A stretch of 64,000 nucleotides of DNA from Phoronis australis. Taxonomy: Eukaryota > Animalia > Phoronida. The notes beneath the pieces were generated by a model. The model did not search any database. It was not told the DNA's origin and saw only the letters and a list, made by a program, of their open reading frames with translations. A program made the translations under genes and the position numbers. Positions 13,011 to 27,219 of this stretch are shown one piece after another (positions within the stretch are counted from its first letter, which is position 1; the number at the start of each line of letters is the position of its first letter). The DNA is taken from assembly GCA_002633005.1 (NCBI GenBank), contig NMRA01000447.1:157182-221181 (forward strand), read 5' to 3'.

Positions 13011-13745
13011 TTTAGGCTGCGGCCACGGCCAATTTGCACTGCCAAAATATTAAAATCTAGGGGTAGGCCAGGCTTAGGGGCATTTTAGTTAGGTATTGTA
13101 TGTAGGCCAAGTGAATTTGGTTTGTTTGTATTTGTGAACATGCTGAAAATTAAAAAGGCCACTTTCTCGGCTGTAGCTGCACTCTTCTTCAAGATGGTGG
13201 CCCCCCTGTCGCAATTGTGCATTGCTGTGTAGCAATTGAGAAATTGGCCGCGATTACAGGTAGCCCTCAAACAAGCCAGATTTGCAAAAAAAAACTAGTT
13301 GGTTGACAGTACCTTTGGACCAAATTTTTGGAATCGGTGGGAAATTTGCTTTCGCAATCTAATGTTGGCTTTAGTCGAGCATCGGCAAGGAAGTGGTTAT
13401 TTTAGGGTGAAAAGTGCCGATTTTGCATTTTTTGTCCTTATTTTCCTTAGTTCAACTTGGTCTCCACTGGGAGTGAAAGGGTCAAAAATACAAGAGAGTA
13501 CAAAGTTTCTGTGCTCATCTGTTAGGGCTTGTGATGTGAAATGACACAAAACTTTTCTTTATTTGCATGCACTTTTTGACAGAGTGAAGAAAGGGTGAAG
13601 AGTCCATTGACGTGTGTTCTGATAGGCAAATCCCTATGAGAACTGTTCAGTGCCTCCTCACTAACTGGAAACTCGCAAGTGAGCTATTCTCTAATTTGCA
13701 GTCGAGTACCAATACAATAAAAGTTGTCGGTTATCGTTATTAACG

Positions 13746-14025
13746 CCGCGAAGGAAGGTCTGCATCATTTCAACATTAACATTTTTGTAGTGCGGTCTGC
13801 TCTTGCGACTTTAGGGAGACTTTTAATTCACTAACTGCATCCAAAAAAATACTTGCGTACAACATTTGGGTCATTGTTTGTTGAAGCCACATCCAGTGTA
13901 TGCACAAGCCAAGCGGCTTAAGCTTGTCCCAACCGTCGATGTGCCACACATGATTCGGGCCACGGGTGTGATTGGCTCGCCTAACCAACCTTCCCTGCCT
14001 CCGAACGAAATTGCGATCAGGGCCC
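13746..14025 (-). pseudogene. Decayed DDE integrase-like (rve-type) transposase fragment
   Basis: PDRNFVRRQGRLVRRANHTRGPNHVWHIDGWDKLKPLGLCIH, then after frameshifts LDVASTNNDPNVVRKY..LDAVSELK..RADR. Resembles the GPNxxWHIDGYDKLKP...STNNDP integrase-core family widespread in invertebrate genomes. Confidence 0.75.
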
Positions 14026-16212
14026 GGTCTCCAATCTCCGTACTCAGACTCATACTCATACTCGAGATTTCATACTCAAAATCGTGCTCACTGGAGTCGT
14101 ACTCAAAAAAGCGTATCTAATGTCGTATTTCGAGTAGACTCCAAACGTACTCAAATCTGACACTCATACTCGAGTTGCTATGGAACTCTTTATAATGNGT
14201 ATCTCGTGGAAGGTAATAAAATTTTCCAGGCATTGCGCAAATAGCTTGAAACGTTTTTAACCCGGGTGAAAACTTCCTTTGACGTACAGCGACTCACTGA
14301 GAAAAATTATCTAGGGATCTCGAGACCCTGAGATAATTAAAGAAGAAACGGGCAATGTCATCTTTGGGCCACGGAATGTAACAGTAGCTCACGGGTGTGT
14401 GTAAAATACAGCTGGGTTACATGACTAATCGTCCAGAGGCTAGTTTGATTTATTCGAACATCACACAGGCAACTGTATATTATCATGTACACTCAGTACA
14501 TTGTATGCATCACTGCAGTGCGAATTTTGAATTCAGTATTAAAGCCGTTATAAACCATTTTTCGGTGCAGGTATATTTGGTCTTCCAAACCAATGTCAGC
14601 TGCTTCCTTATCTCGTGTTTAAATTGGAATTTGTTCAGTATATCGTCTGGGATTTCCCTTATAATGTCCCTACATTGGATTTTTCACTTTTTGAGGTTTT
14701 ATACTGTCTATAACAACTTTATAACACAAAATCTTACTAAACGAATGCCTATTTTGGGAAGTAATTGATATATTTTAAATTTTAAGCTAAATTAATGGTT
14801 TTTGGTTTCCCGCCACGTGATGTCATCAGTGGAAGACGTTGGTCAGTTGACAGTGCATTGTAGATATGCAATGGCGGACAGTAGAGATTTTATAAGTTGC
14901 GAATACTTAGAGAGCCAGCTTGACGAGTATTATGTATGGAGATGAGGGGCGAAGACGACACTCAGGCCATAGGTGAAACAGATAATGAGTTACACCACGC
15001 GATATGTCGGCAAACTTTGCTTGTTTGAGGCCGTACGAACTCGACCCTTCCACAACGGCTTCTTCGGTGATTGAACTCAAGTCAGACCCTTCTCAGTCTG
15101 CGGAAGTCCTGATTTCAGAGTGGCAAGGCTTTTTTGCAACTCACAATTTAATTTTATAACCACTTTAGCGTCGATTAATATGCGTCTCGAACTGTAAATA
15201 CGACTGAAGTTTTTACCCTGACTGTCAAAGCTCAGTCGCGGATTGCGGAAACTGATTTCATTTCTTCGATTGCCGATTGTGTTTTACAGGAACGATGATA
15301 TCTAACTATATTGATGCTGACTGGATTATATTTCTGGTAAATGAAATTCGTTTCCAAGTCGAAATTTTACCGGACAAACAACACGTTACCGAGTAAAACG
15401 TATTGTTTGTTTGTTGACATCGCAAGAGGGCGGAGTTTGCGATAGGTCGACGGCTAAATGGCCTTTAATTAGTAAATGTAACTAACACGTTGTGACTAGC
15501 CACTTCATGGTCCTGAAACTGAAGCATTAACAGCATGTCGGCTTTTGCTTCACTTAGAAAACATTTCTATCAGAGGAACAAAGCGATATCAATCTCAAGA
15601 AAATAAGCGACCTAAATCCAAAACTAAGGAGAGCGTGCACGTTTGTTTGTGTTCTTATTAAAGTCAGGGGTTTATCTGCATACCACTGGGCCAAATTACC
15701 TGTATCAACTTCACGGGTATGCTAATTAAGTATATTAATCGTGGACATTTTGGCCTGCTACTGAAGTTCATTATGGAAGGCCTATATGACCACTCCCGGG
15801 CCATGGTAAATACGTTTCCCTGCTGAATAAGTTTCCTGACCACTCTTGCGCATGCCTAACATTTTTCTTAACAAGATTGGCCGCTGTATTCTCAATGCAC
15901 AGAAATGTTTAACTACAAGGTATTTTTTTCTCCAGAAATAAGTTGAAGTCATTGGCGATGCAACAACCGTGCTCTTATGATTTTAACGTAAAGGATTCCG
16001 CGTTCCTATTTTACCACAAACATATACATACGTGTACAAAACAACTTTTTCAAAGAAAATGTAGTTGCTATCTTTGGGAAAGGCTAAGCAAGAGATCAGA
16101 TAAAAGTCATCAAGAAGATGACTTCTAAGCTGGATCCCGATCCATATGCTCGAAAGAACATCGAGAAACTAATTCGTTACTGAGAATCAACCTTTTTAAC
16201 AGCTCTTTAAAC

Positions 16213-17498
16213 GGGCGACCTTAGATTTTTCATCCATATCATCTCAATTTCCCCATAAAATGATCATACAGTGTACAACAAAGTCACTTCTTAATATATT
16301 ACATTCATTGTCAATTGGCGTAACAAAATAAGCTGCGAATCCCACAACAGAAGGCTTTCAAATGCATTTTGATGTCGAATAGTATTTTAGTCATAACACA
16401 TTGGATATATTTTAGTCATAACACATTGGATATATTTTAGTGGAAAGTAAATATATCTTCCAAATTGTTAAATTGCCATCAGAACCCTTGTTTTTGTCAA
16501 AGAAAAAACGGATGAATGATACATATACTTACCGTTATAAAATGAATCTCGTACCGTGCTCAGTTAGGAAGTGATCTCTCTGGGTTCGCGAAGAACTGGC
16601 AGCTGAATATTTCTTAAGAACAAGTTAACGGCGTAACCTGAAATTTATCATGGGGTCTGAACCAATGAGGAGCGCGGCGACGACGTCATCGCATGGTTTA
16701 TTAGAGTATCTCCATCACAGTACAAAGCTTTGGGAAACTGGTTCACCTTCAAGCGATATTTCAAACCAGCATCTGCCGTTTCACGTTTCCGAGATTTGTT
16801 CATATTTCACAAAGTTTACGTTATAAACAAATACGGTACACAGCTGCTGATAAACGACAGCCCCGTCATNGGGCGACCTTAGATTTTTCATCCATATCAT
16901 CTCAATTTCCCCATAAAATGATCATACAGTGTACAACAAAGTCACTGCTTAATATATTACATTGTCAATTGGCGTAACAAAATAAGCTGCGAATCCCACA
17001 ACAGACGGCTTTCAAATGCATTTTGATGTCGAATAGTATTTTAGTCATAACACATTGGATATATTTTAGTGGAAAGTAAATATATCTTCCAAATTGTTAA
17101 ATTGCCATCAGAACCCTTGTTTTTGTCAAAGAAAAAACGGATGAATGATACGTATACTTACCGTTATAAAATGAATCTCGTTCCGTGCTCAGTTAGGAAG
17201 TGATCTCTCTGGGTTCACGAAGAACTGGCAGCTGAATATTTCTTAAGAACAAGTTAACGGCGTAACCTGAAATTTATCATGGGGTCTGAACCAATGAGGA
17301 GCGCGGCGACGACGTCATCGCATGGTTTATTAGAGTATCTCCATCACAGTACAAATCTTTGGGAAACTGGTTCACCTTCAAGCGATATTTCAAACCAGCA
17401 TCTGCCGTTTCACGTTTCCGAGATTTGTTCATATTTCACACAGTTTACGTTATAAACAAATACGGTACACAGCTGCTGATAAACGACAGCCCCGTCAT
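16213..17498. repeat. Tandem near-identical ~630-650 bp duplication (16213-16869 vs 16871-17498) around a single N
   Basis: Direct comparison of the copies; they differ by SNPs, a 4-bp indel and a 25-bp microduplication. Probably two haplotypes. Confidence 0.9.
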
Positions 17499-18029
17499 TC
17501 CATCACTGCCTAAACATACATGTATCACTGACGATAAGCATACGGAGACGTCACGGATTAGGACATGACCAGGACGTCCAGTGACACGCGTGGCCATCTT
17601 TTGAAGGGGATGGGATTTATAATGTGAGCTTGTTAGGCATACTTGCAGTGTTCATGCGAGCACTCAGCCTAAAAATTGGGGGNCTGTCGGATTTACGTCC
17701 TCTGTTCCACCTTTTGAATGATTGTTGAGTGCACAGTCAATGTGCATTATCTGAGAATTCGAGTTTTCTAATGCTGTTGAGAGCGCAGACGATCGATTGT
17801 GGCCACCCATGCTAATGTAAATTAAAACCAGAAAGTCATGGCAAACTGGTGAGAATGCAAATGCTTCTCTTCAAGCTCTCTATCATGAATATCCCAGCCC
17901 TTGAAAATCTAAATCTTTGGTTTAGCTCACTGTCGCTATAGGCCTACATGAACGTCTCGAGCGGGTTAGTTCTGTCACGGAAAATTCTTTTTACAACAGC
18001 AATATGAGCTTGATTAGCCATTTTATTGC

Positions 18030-18195
18030 TAGGGACTCAACTTAGGGACTTACTTTAGGTAACACGAAAAGTTGAGTCCCTATTTAATGCCTAAACTAAC
18101 TGGGAACTTTTCATGCAACAGTCCCTAAACTTTAAGGAAGTCCCTAAGACTTAAGGACATCCCTAACGTTTACGGACTGTTTCTTGTAACTGGGA
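18030..18195. mobile_element. Fragment related to the Harbinger-like MITE at 50222-50613
   Basis: Shared TAGGGACTC/GAGTCCCTA and TTTCATGCAAC motifs. Confidence 0.5.
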
Positions 18196-18544
18196 ACATA
18201 AACCTTCAATTGAATATTTGGGGATACTGAATTCACGATATGCAGTGCTATATAAAGGAAGGTTTAATAATGCTGACAATGTACAGTAGTCACTTGTCAA
18301 AACAAGAGGTAAACTGTGGTTTTAAGCACTCTAAAACAATTTGTTTTTCGCCCTCTCTCCTCACTCCTCCAACTTATATTGCGTGTGTTCTTAATGATCA
18401 TTTCACTTAAGGTTATCTAGGACCTTAATGAATGGCCTCAACTCAAGTCAAATATCGAAAAAATATGCTTTGTCAACCATAAAAAGTATTTTCTAAAACG
18501 CGAAAGATCGAGGATTCTGTTACCAGTCTGTCTTTATTATTATC

Positions 18545-18940
18545 ACGTGAACACGTTTTTAAGTCAAATTTTCAAATGCATGATGTGTACATTCATAGCA
18601 AAATAACCCCCAGCCGTTATTATTAAATTTTTTTAAATGAAAATATTACGTTCGGTCTCAAAACGCTACTAGGAATTTTTGACACTTCAATTAGTTCGGG
18701 CTTCATGCCAAATTAACTCGCAAAACACAAGCATTTTTGTAAAAAAAAAACAGCTGTCTTATTCGTATATCGCTCAGTACGCAAAAAGTAGGCATTTTAA
18801 AGCAAAATCCTTATAGCGTTTTTGAGACCAAACGTAAAGTTTTCATTTAAAAACTCTTTAGCAAAGTCGACTGGGGATTATTTTGCTATGAATGTACCTT
18901 TCTTGCACATAGAAAATTGACTTAAAAGCGTAAAAGCGTG
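18545..18940. mobile_element. Foldback/MITE with ~120-bp imperfect inverted arms
   Basis: TACATTCATAGCAAAATAACCCCCAG...GGTCTCAAAACGCTA versus TAGCGTTTTTGAGACC...CTGGGGATTATTTTGCTATGAATGTA. Confidence 0.75.
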
Positions 18941-19989
18941 GTACATGACACATCGTCAGTCGCGGGAGGAAAAGCTATTACTATTCAGGCACACAAGTCA
19001 CTTATGATAATTTCTAAAGAAGTTAATTTTATGCATGCAATACAGGTACTACATGAAACATTGGGACTATTTGATAGTTGAAATGACTTACCTAATTGTG
19101 ATGCTGATTAAAACAGCGGCAAATTCAACTAGCGATTATGGAGACACATGTCTATTTGCCGACTCCATAGCCCCCATGGTGAACCCTGTAAAGGTTTTTG
19201 TTGAAATACATCCAATAGGAGAAAAATATCTGGTATTCAGTTTTTCGTCTAATTCGCCTTTCATTTTCTTCACTAAGCGCTTCAACATACGCTAATTATG
19301 GGAGACCACAGACTATCAAACATCTTTGCTTGTGAGTTTCCATGGTTGTATTGACAGACAAACTAGAGAAAGCATCTGGCGTTGTAGGCCTAATGCTCGA
19401 CAGTTCAACATTTGCTGGAGTCTCCAGTATAGTCAACGCAAGGCTGGGATCAGTCCTCTGTGGCAATGCAGTCTCATCACAAACGTTTTGCGACTCAATT
19501 TCAATGGTGCCAAGAGCTGATGATTTACCTGGAGATCGTTAACAACCACCCGATCGGGAACTATGGGAAGAATGTTCAAAACTGTTGCCTATCATGTTTC
19601 TGTCCTCTTCCTTTAACAGCCTTGTCTCAAGGAGATGTTGGCATATTTATTCGCAGCAGGTTACTACAAATGTTTACTGGTGTAACTAGAATCCGACAAC
19701 ACATCGGGAAGGTGTTGCCTCATTCACGCTGCCACAATTTCGACGATTTACTGCATAAATCCATCCATGGGTAAACAGATAGTTGCTAGGCGTAATATCG
19801 TCAAACTAAACTCCAACAAATACTCAACAATAACGCTATTATATTGTGATAAACGTTCCATTTACATGTAAGTGCCAAATAAATCTGGCAAAAAGTTTAT
19901 TTTAAGTTTGACAGCCTGTTGGAGTTCTGTCGAAATTTATTTGACATTTACTGTGTACGAGCACCTTCCCGAGAGTTTCAAGAAAGACA

Positions 19990-21730
19990 TACCCAAGGCT
20001 GGATACGTCTGTTGACACCCGGATGACTAGACCGGAGTACCAGCTGATCAATTTAAGAAACAGACGCAAAAGGTTCGGGGGTATAAAGGCCATTTTAACT
20101 GGAGTCGAGCAACTGGTCGTGTGAGTGAATAGTTTCAGTGTTTGTGTCCACCTTGATAGTGCCATGGGGCACATGTATAATTAAGGTGATGAAGAGCACA
20201 ATCCACGTATTGGAGTAGACAGGGCAAAGCCTAAGCACATGTTGGAAGGGTGAGGGGAAGAATGCAATTGGAAGAGGACAGCTAAAGAAAGATCACAAAG
20301 CGGGAGCTCGAGATGCAGAGAGGTCACGTCAATGACCAGCAGCCGTGTCTCTCTAACATCTGCAAAAGGCCAAGTAGTTACAGACGTGACATCGTGACTG
20401 TTCAGAATAAACTGGTCGTTGAGAGTGAACAGAAGTACCAGTTTTTAGTTTTGCTAAGACGTGAATGTTAGAAAACAATTAAGAAAAGGCAAAACACTGG
20501 AGCTGCTGAAGAAGTCTTTCCCTATCAAGGGAATGTCAACTATGGTGTTGAGACACTGTTCAATTGCCTATTAGTCGTATGACAGAAACGTAACATTGAC
20601 ATAAATTGTAGCAGATGTCTTTCAGTATGAGCTTATCGAGTCCAGTTCCTGCGGCCCTGATCGACGCAGCCTGAGGAAGGGTGACAAACCCACTTGGCCA
20701 AATCTCTCAATGTCTCTATTGGGAATTATTCTGCTCCACACGCAGCGTTGGCTAGCTTCTTAAACAGGTCGTTCGGGATGTCTCTGGAACTGCAGGAGAT
20801 TTGGGTACAATCTTTGACACTCGACTGCCTTTTTATCCTCCCGTTTGTAAGAAAATTAAGCTGTTTGAAAGACATGAACACAAAAATCCCCACACAAAGC
20901 ACTATGAGAGGGTAAGACGATGGAAAGCTAAAAAACCTTTCTAACTCCAAATACCCCTTCTTGGCCGAGAAACTATTCTAAACAACGCTATGTTCAGCAA
21001 CCTCCTATTTATATGAAGCTCCCATTCAGCAAAACATCGAGCGGGTCAAGTAGAGCCACTGTGCGTGCACTTACCGATATTGAAGCAGACGTCACTCTTT
21101 ATAGGTACATGTTGAAAACGGTCGGAAGAAGGCGCCCACACTATCACAATCCTCAGCGACACCAGTAACGTCTTCGTGTTCTTGGTTTAAGAGACACCAA
21201 GGATGCCAGTTGACGCCAAGACTTAAACAGAGAAGTGGAACGGTAGTATCTTGGACATGAATTAATCAGTTCAGAAATTAGACCGCCGCAAGTGCAGTCA
21301 AGTTCTCGAAATAAATACAATTTGAAGTTACGTGCCTCACTTTGTATCCCTTTGGAAAGAGAACGCTGACGGCCATCATAGTCTTAGAACACACCATCCT
21401 AGAGTTCGACCAGGTATTGAGAGAGTGTGGTGTTACCCACGCTGAGCTTCGGGAAACTATGTGTATTCTTCTTATGGTACTTTGATCTCTATCAGCTGAA
21501 GAGTTTTCAAACAATGTCCCTGAGGTAGGCAGCTGACCAACGTAACAAATAAACGCAATGCCAATTTTAGATGGACGGTCTCCGCATCTCTGTAGTAACA
21601 CTGGCCACTTCAACAGTACCTAACGCAAGGTATTAAGTTGCAACTACAGTGCAGAACGTATGTAGCGACAGACGCTGCAGTTGCAACTGTGCTAGCCTGT
21701 CCTGCGCAGAATAATACAAGTGAGGGACAT
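19990..21730 (+). mobile_element. Heavily decayed Academ-type transposase ORF (transposase + XPG-like nuclease + Cys-rich finger)
   Basis: Frameshifted peptide islands in the expected order: GYVC*H..PADQF..KGSG..VNSFSVCVHLDSAMGHMY (20001-20178), DVFQYEL/SPVPAALID/LRKGDK (20614-20688), EADVTL..ILSD..VFV (21082-21185), LYPFGK (about 21345), KVLSCN..RCSCNCASLSC (21628-21705). Family assignment is from remembered motif similarity. Confidence 0.65.
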
Positions 21731-24700
21731 AAGGTACACTGGCACACAGATAGACATTGAAGACAGTGGAAGACAAGCAGATGTAAATAGCGACTAGGTA
21801 TACAACTGTCATTAAAAATTGTACAATAAAATTACTGATTTAAAATCCAAATACAAACACGTGCGATTACCTAATTTTTTCTGCATGTTCATGCATACTA
21901 AACTTGAATATTAACTTAATTGTAATAATTCACCAGCATAACAATGCATGCATGAATAAGTGCATACATGCGAAATATTTATACAGGACCCTCAATATTG
22001 CGACTTCGTTTATTTAGTAAGGTCGGGGTCCAGTATTCATTTACAATAAATGGGAACATCAGGCAATCATAGACTTGCATGTAGCATATGCAAACTGCAG
22101 ACACACTCTACATATACGTAACGTATACGAACTCCACGGTATATACACATCACAAAGAACACGTAATGTCGCGACTTTGGTTATTGAAATTTTCGGAGAA
22201 AATCTACAGTAAAACTAGCATTTATTCATCCCTTATCCTTAACATTATGCATCACGAAAGAAATAAAAAATGTTGATTTAGCATTTTCCAAACATTTATC
22301 ATTTCATCCTCCAAAGGAGGTGCATTTTCCTTAATTCAGTTCAACTTGACGTTTGACCTAGCAGCTAACCTTTAGTTTGACCATAAAATAATACCAGAAA
22401 TAAACTCTCTGTCCCAGAAAATATTAGAAACGAAAAGTTGCAGGATCCTATAAATCATCCTGTTCAAAAGATAGAAATTATGCGAAATTCAAGATGGCGT
22501 ATGCTATTGGCAAGGATACGCAAATTAATTCTGTTCTCCTCTCCACACACACCTTGTGGAAAGATCTAGATGTAAAAGCCACACCTCGTGTATCAACTGA
22601 TATCACTCACTTTTGTCTAGATATTCTAAATTCCCGTAATTGTTCAGGGTGACTCAGTTCCAATACAGTCGAATGACTTTGCGCGTTCTTAAAGCCCAGG
22701 GTAAGAAGAGGAGCAACAATGAACCGTGTGTCTGATGTCATTTATCGTACATGGGTGATGACACGGCCGTGAAATAACTGTGTTATCACACTGTTAAAAA
22801 GTCAGAACTACTTCCCCGTATCTTTTCTAGAGAAGATAACCGTTATCATCTCTGGATAAACCCTGGTGCCAAATCGTAAGGATTACGGTATTTGGCAGGC
22901 TAAATCCATAAGAATTACGGTAGTTAGTCGAACTCATATTGTATAGAATCACTCACGTCTCAAAACTCTGCACTGGCGGCAATTGGTCTGGTAGAGAGGA
23001 TCGCTGTAATCCCCACACCAACAGACAGGCTGCATGGACTGATGGCCATCTGGATGGTGAATGAGAAAGAGATCCATAAAACCAATAGTTCAGAAACTAT
23101 GACCTGGAGCAAAATTTGCCATTCACCATTTATCATTAACGACAAATGGAGTTGCTGCTTGTCATCAGTTTCAATCACTGCTCATTTATAAACCTTTTTC
23201 AAATGTACAAATGTAGCAAATTACGTGAAACATCTATGGCTTCACCAGGACTCTGAAACATGATAATATTTTCTAGCAAAAGATTCACAACAAGTTCGAC
23301 AGCTGTTTTTGTTAAAATTTAGAAAATTGTGCTAAGGTTTTACCGAAGCAAGACAAGTATGAGAGACATGGATTTTATAAATCATCCGAATGTAAATGTA
23401 ACAAAAACTAAATCTCCAATATGGCATCTTCACATGAAAAATAATTATCGGAAATGTAAAAACTAATGTAAAACTACATGAAAATGGCATCAAATGTACG
23501 TTTAAGATAAGTTGTTCAATAGTTACATCTCAAGATACTGTTTGGCAGCCATATTGCATATATGCAAGAATTGTCCGAACTTATCACTTTGGCAGCTAAG
23601 ATGTATTTGTTTAAGGTCCTAGTGGCAAACAAGTTCAAATGAACCAAAATTTCTAGGCTGGTATATTGAATCCATGGGGTGCCGTATTCGCTCTGTACGT
23701 TATGTGAGCCGACCAGCCCCATATTAAGCGGGCGTGTTATTAGAGCTCATGAACATCACAGATCACCTGTTGCTAGTGGTCGGACGGCGCCTTCATGATT
23801 TTATATTAAAAATCTTTGAAGTCATTTCTCAGAAAAAAAAAACATACCCTTTTTCTTACCAACTTTGTTGAGTCGAACACAAAAAGGTACGACTCATTTT
23901 GCCGCCAAACTGTATTTAACCTACTTACATGTACTGTTTACAAAGACTGTGTTGTCCCCTCATAACACGCAGGCACATCCCCAATAGCAACATATTCCTT
24001 ACAATGGGTAGGACAAAAACTCTTGGCAATGTAGTAGCAAACAACAGAATCAAATCACACATGTAAGTTACTTAATCAATTAATTTTAATCAAATCTAAC
24101 CTGCAAGAGGGAGAATTCAGGGCATGCCACCTAACCTTTCAAACGTCTTTGATTAACAAGACACCAACTGCAATGACAATATTTTACAAATACGCGCTTA
24201 ACATAATTTCATAAAATACACACCTGCAACGAGAGGGCTGCATCAAACTAACTGTGAGTCTATAACGACACACCTGTGAGCGGAGGCCATCTGCACACGG
24301 GGCCTTCTCAACATACGGGCGCATCATTCCGAGAATATCCAGGTAACTCATCATCCCTGGATTGACGCTGTCCACGAAAGAGTTGCTACAGGAGTATAGC
24401 CTTTGAAGTCCAAAGACTTTACTTTTAATTGTTTGCACTAATTATGCGACACGCCAAAAATGCAACTTGAATAGCCCGACGTCCACAAGCACGGTGCATA
24501 ATTAGGATGAACAAAAAACGACTGACGTTTGCTTTTCAAAATTCACGTTGGGCACCAATTTTGGCATACACGCCTCACAGAGTCCGTTGCGAGACAGTTA
24601 CTCTAGAAAACACTGGGTATGACAAGATTTCATTCTCTTACAACCCATTTTGAAGTTCATGATGGCGTTCTGCAACTTTTCCAAACGTGAGGGGTGCTGA

Positions 24701-26114
24701 ACGTGCTGAACTGGCTCCTTTGTTAACTGCCCAGCACAGTCTTTTGTCCCGTATGATAACAAGCAGGCCAATTATCTCCCAGGCTTCAAAGGGTTATTGA
24801 AACCTAGCAGAATGGATTGTCTTAACTTCTGTTGTATACAGTAGTTGGGTGATTTTGGTGATTCAAAAACTAAACAAGATCAGCATTTGACAAGGAATTC
24901 AGAAACACTATTGGTTTATGTTCAAATATGTTATAACGTTACTTTCATTTTAGCAGCACAGCCCAATCAGGCTAGATACGATCTGATCGGAGACTAGAGC
25001 AATTATCGAACAAAAGAGAGCCGGCCCTCCAACCATAAATGCCACAATGGAGTTAATCAGTCATGTAAGATATTGGCTACAGGAGTGATCTTCCCAACTT
25101 GTTGGTTGGACTATAGAATCGAACAAGTTGGGAGCAACGGGAAAACGCCCTAATGTCCCCACCCACCTAGGCATGTGACGATTAGTTCAGTCTGACGCTT
25201 TACAAATAGGGACCGACACCAAGGGTGACATCATGTGTACAGAGAAAGAATAGAACACTGTTCTCCCGAGGTCCGTAAGACCTAGATCGTGTTCCCCAGA
25301 TCGCTATGCATGAGCTTGCACTTGCGACAAAAGCCACTTCGCTTATGGAACGGAAACAGCAAATCCAATACCACAATTCAACATCCAACGTACTTCACTG
25401 GTGGCACCATGGACGCCTATGGGTGGCACTAAGCAGTTTTTGCTGGATTTGGGGTTCCACAAATCCAGTCAGCCAAAACTCCCCGCCAGGAAATCATGTA
25501 GAGAGGAAAAGGGGTAGGCAACTTACCACAAATGGGTACCTAGAAATGTTTAGTAGAATAAGCTGTTTGTGTTACTTCTTGTCCAGGAGGCCTTCTGAAG
25601 CGTCTCATCTTGGCAACCTTGAGCATTGTTTGAATATGCAAATTAATGAAGCTGTTATGCAAAATTCTGTTCTCACTGCTGGTAGGTTATTAGATGTTAC
25701 CGCCTGTTTCTATAGTCAATGAATTTAATGGAGCTAGTTTGAAGGTATATCAATCGTGGGAATACATATTCCTGCGATCATTTAATGAAACGACAAGCCC
25801 GTACTAGCCAGGGAGTTCGGGGGGGGGGGGGTCGGTCCAGCCCCAGCCTGTCCGTTAGAGATAGGGTTAGATGGACAACAACAACAACATTAACAAAATT
25901 TTTACAGCTACTGGTACTAGTAACTACAGTTATAACTAAGTTAGAAGAATTTGATTCTGATTCAAAGCCCTTCGCGTAATCATCGGGCCCTACCTGGCCC
26001 CAAGGCCGGTGTTTGCCCAGATGACAGGATCGTGCAGACGATTAGAGGAGGCTTTACGTCATTCATGACATTGAACGTGCATGGTTGCTACACAATTATC
26101 GTCTATATTAGCCT

Positions 26115-26470
26115 TGGCCAAATGGGTGAACGTTACGCCGTTAAATTACGTGCGTAAGTTAATACATGTACTTGTTAGAGGCGTAAAGTGATTACTTACG
26201 GCGTAAAGTAATTATTTATAACATACATGTAAATTATACATTCTGGCGTATTTGAGGCGCTAAATGTTACTTCATCGCAAATAATTACTTTACGCCGTAA
26301 AACGTTACTTTACGCCGCAAACAATTACTTTTCACTGCAAATAATTACTTTACGCCGTAAATAATTACTTTACACCACAAATAATTTCTTTACGCCGCAA
26401 TTACTTACGCTTCCAACAAGAGTTATCTTACACATGTAATATAACGGCGTAACGTTCACCCACTTGGCCA
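26115..26470. mobile_element. Palindromic MITE with internal ~20-bp tandem repeats
   Basis: TGGCCAAATGGGTGAACGTTACGCCGTTA... versus ...TAACGGCGTAACGTTCACCCACTTGGCCA, with internal AAATAATTACTTTACGCCG(T/C) units. Confidence 0.85.
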
Positions 26471-27219
26471 CCAAATACACCGATAGGGTAACAAGGGAGT
26501 CTAGAAGTAAATGTCTATAACTAGTTAAGCTTTAAAGCAGCGAAAGAGCTCTCAAGATTAACTAGTGCAGCGTGTGTGCCAAGACTTTTTAGTGGGCAAA
26601 ATGACCTTGAAAAATTATGGAATTCGGCGTTCCACGAAACCTTGATTTTTGACAGTGGAGTTCTTCGGTTCTTAGAACAGAAAACCGCAGCGTCTGTTGT
26701 AGCTGATATTGATCAATTAGACTTAGAAACGGGGGTTCCGTGCAAATATTTCACAAACATGTATGCGGAAGTAAAGAATGCGAGCTTCGTAAAGTCACGA
26801 ACTTTCAGAAAGATACACTGCTTACAACTGTGATCAAGAAGAAACGACATGAGATTATATATAGAAGCATACTTACTCCATGGCAAGAGTCTGAGAATTG
26901 ACTTCATGCAAGCATACGATACGTTTCGTGACAGTTTATAAGCAGAAGTTCTACATGTACATGCGTATGTAGTCTCACGGTTTGGCCTTTTGTATTTCAA
27001 TATATTCCTTCTTTTCCATCAAGCACATCATCAATGGAGTTTGCAAACCATTAATTCTAATTCTAAGTCTTGATAAATTCAGTATCCTCAGTTACTTCGG
27101 AAGCACACCACAATTTATAAGATTGGCGAATCAGGCGATAAACCCGCGAATCGGAGCGGCAGCTCCGTGTGAAGCGTGCAAGCGTTCTTAAACGTGCAAC
27201 TTTTTGCGCGTTGAAATGT

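Noticed and set aside
24184-24900. Coding-like composition, possible decayed retroelement
   Set aside because: No motif I could identify with confidence
26270-26410. Regular ~20-bp repeats that could suggest a CRISPR array
   Set aside because: No unique spacers; they are tandem units inside a eukaryotic MITE
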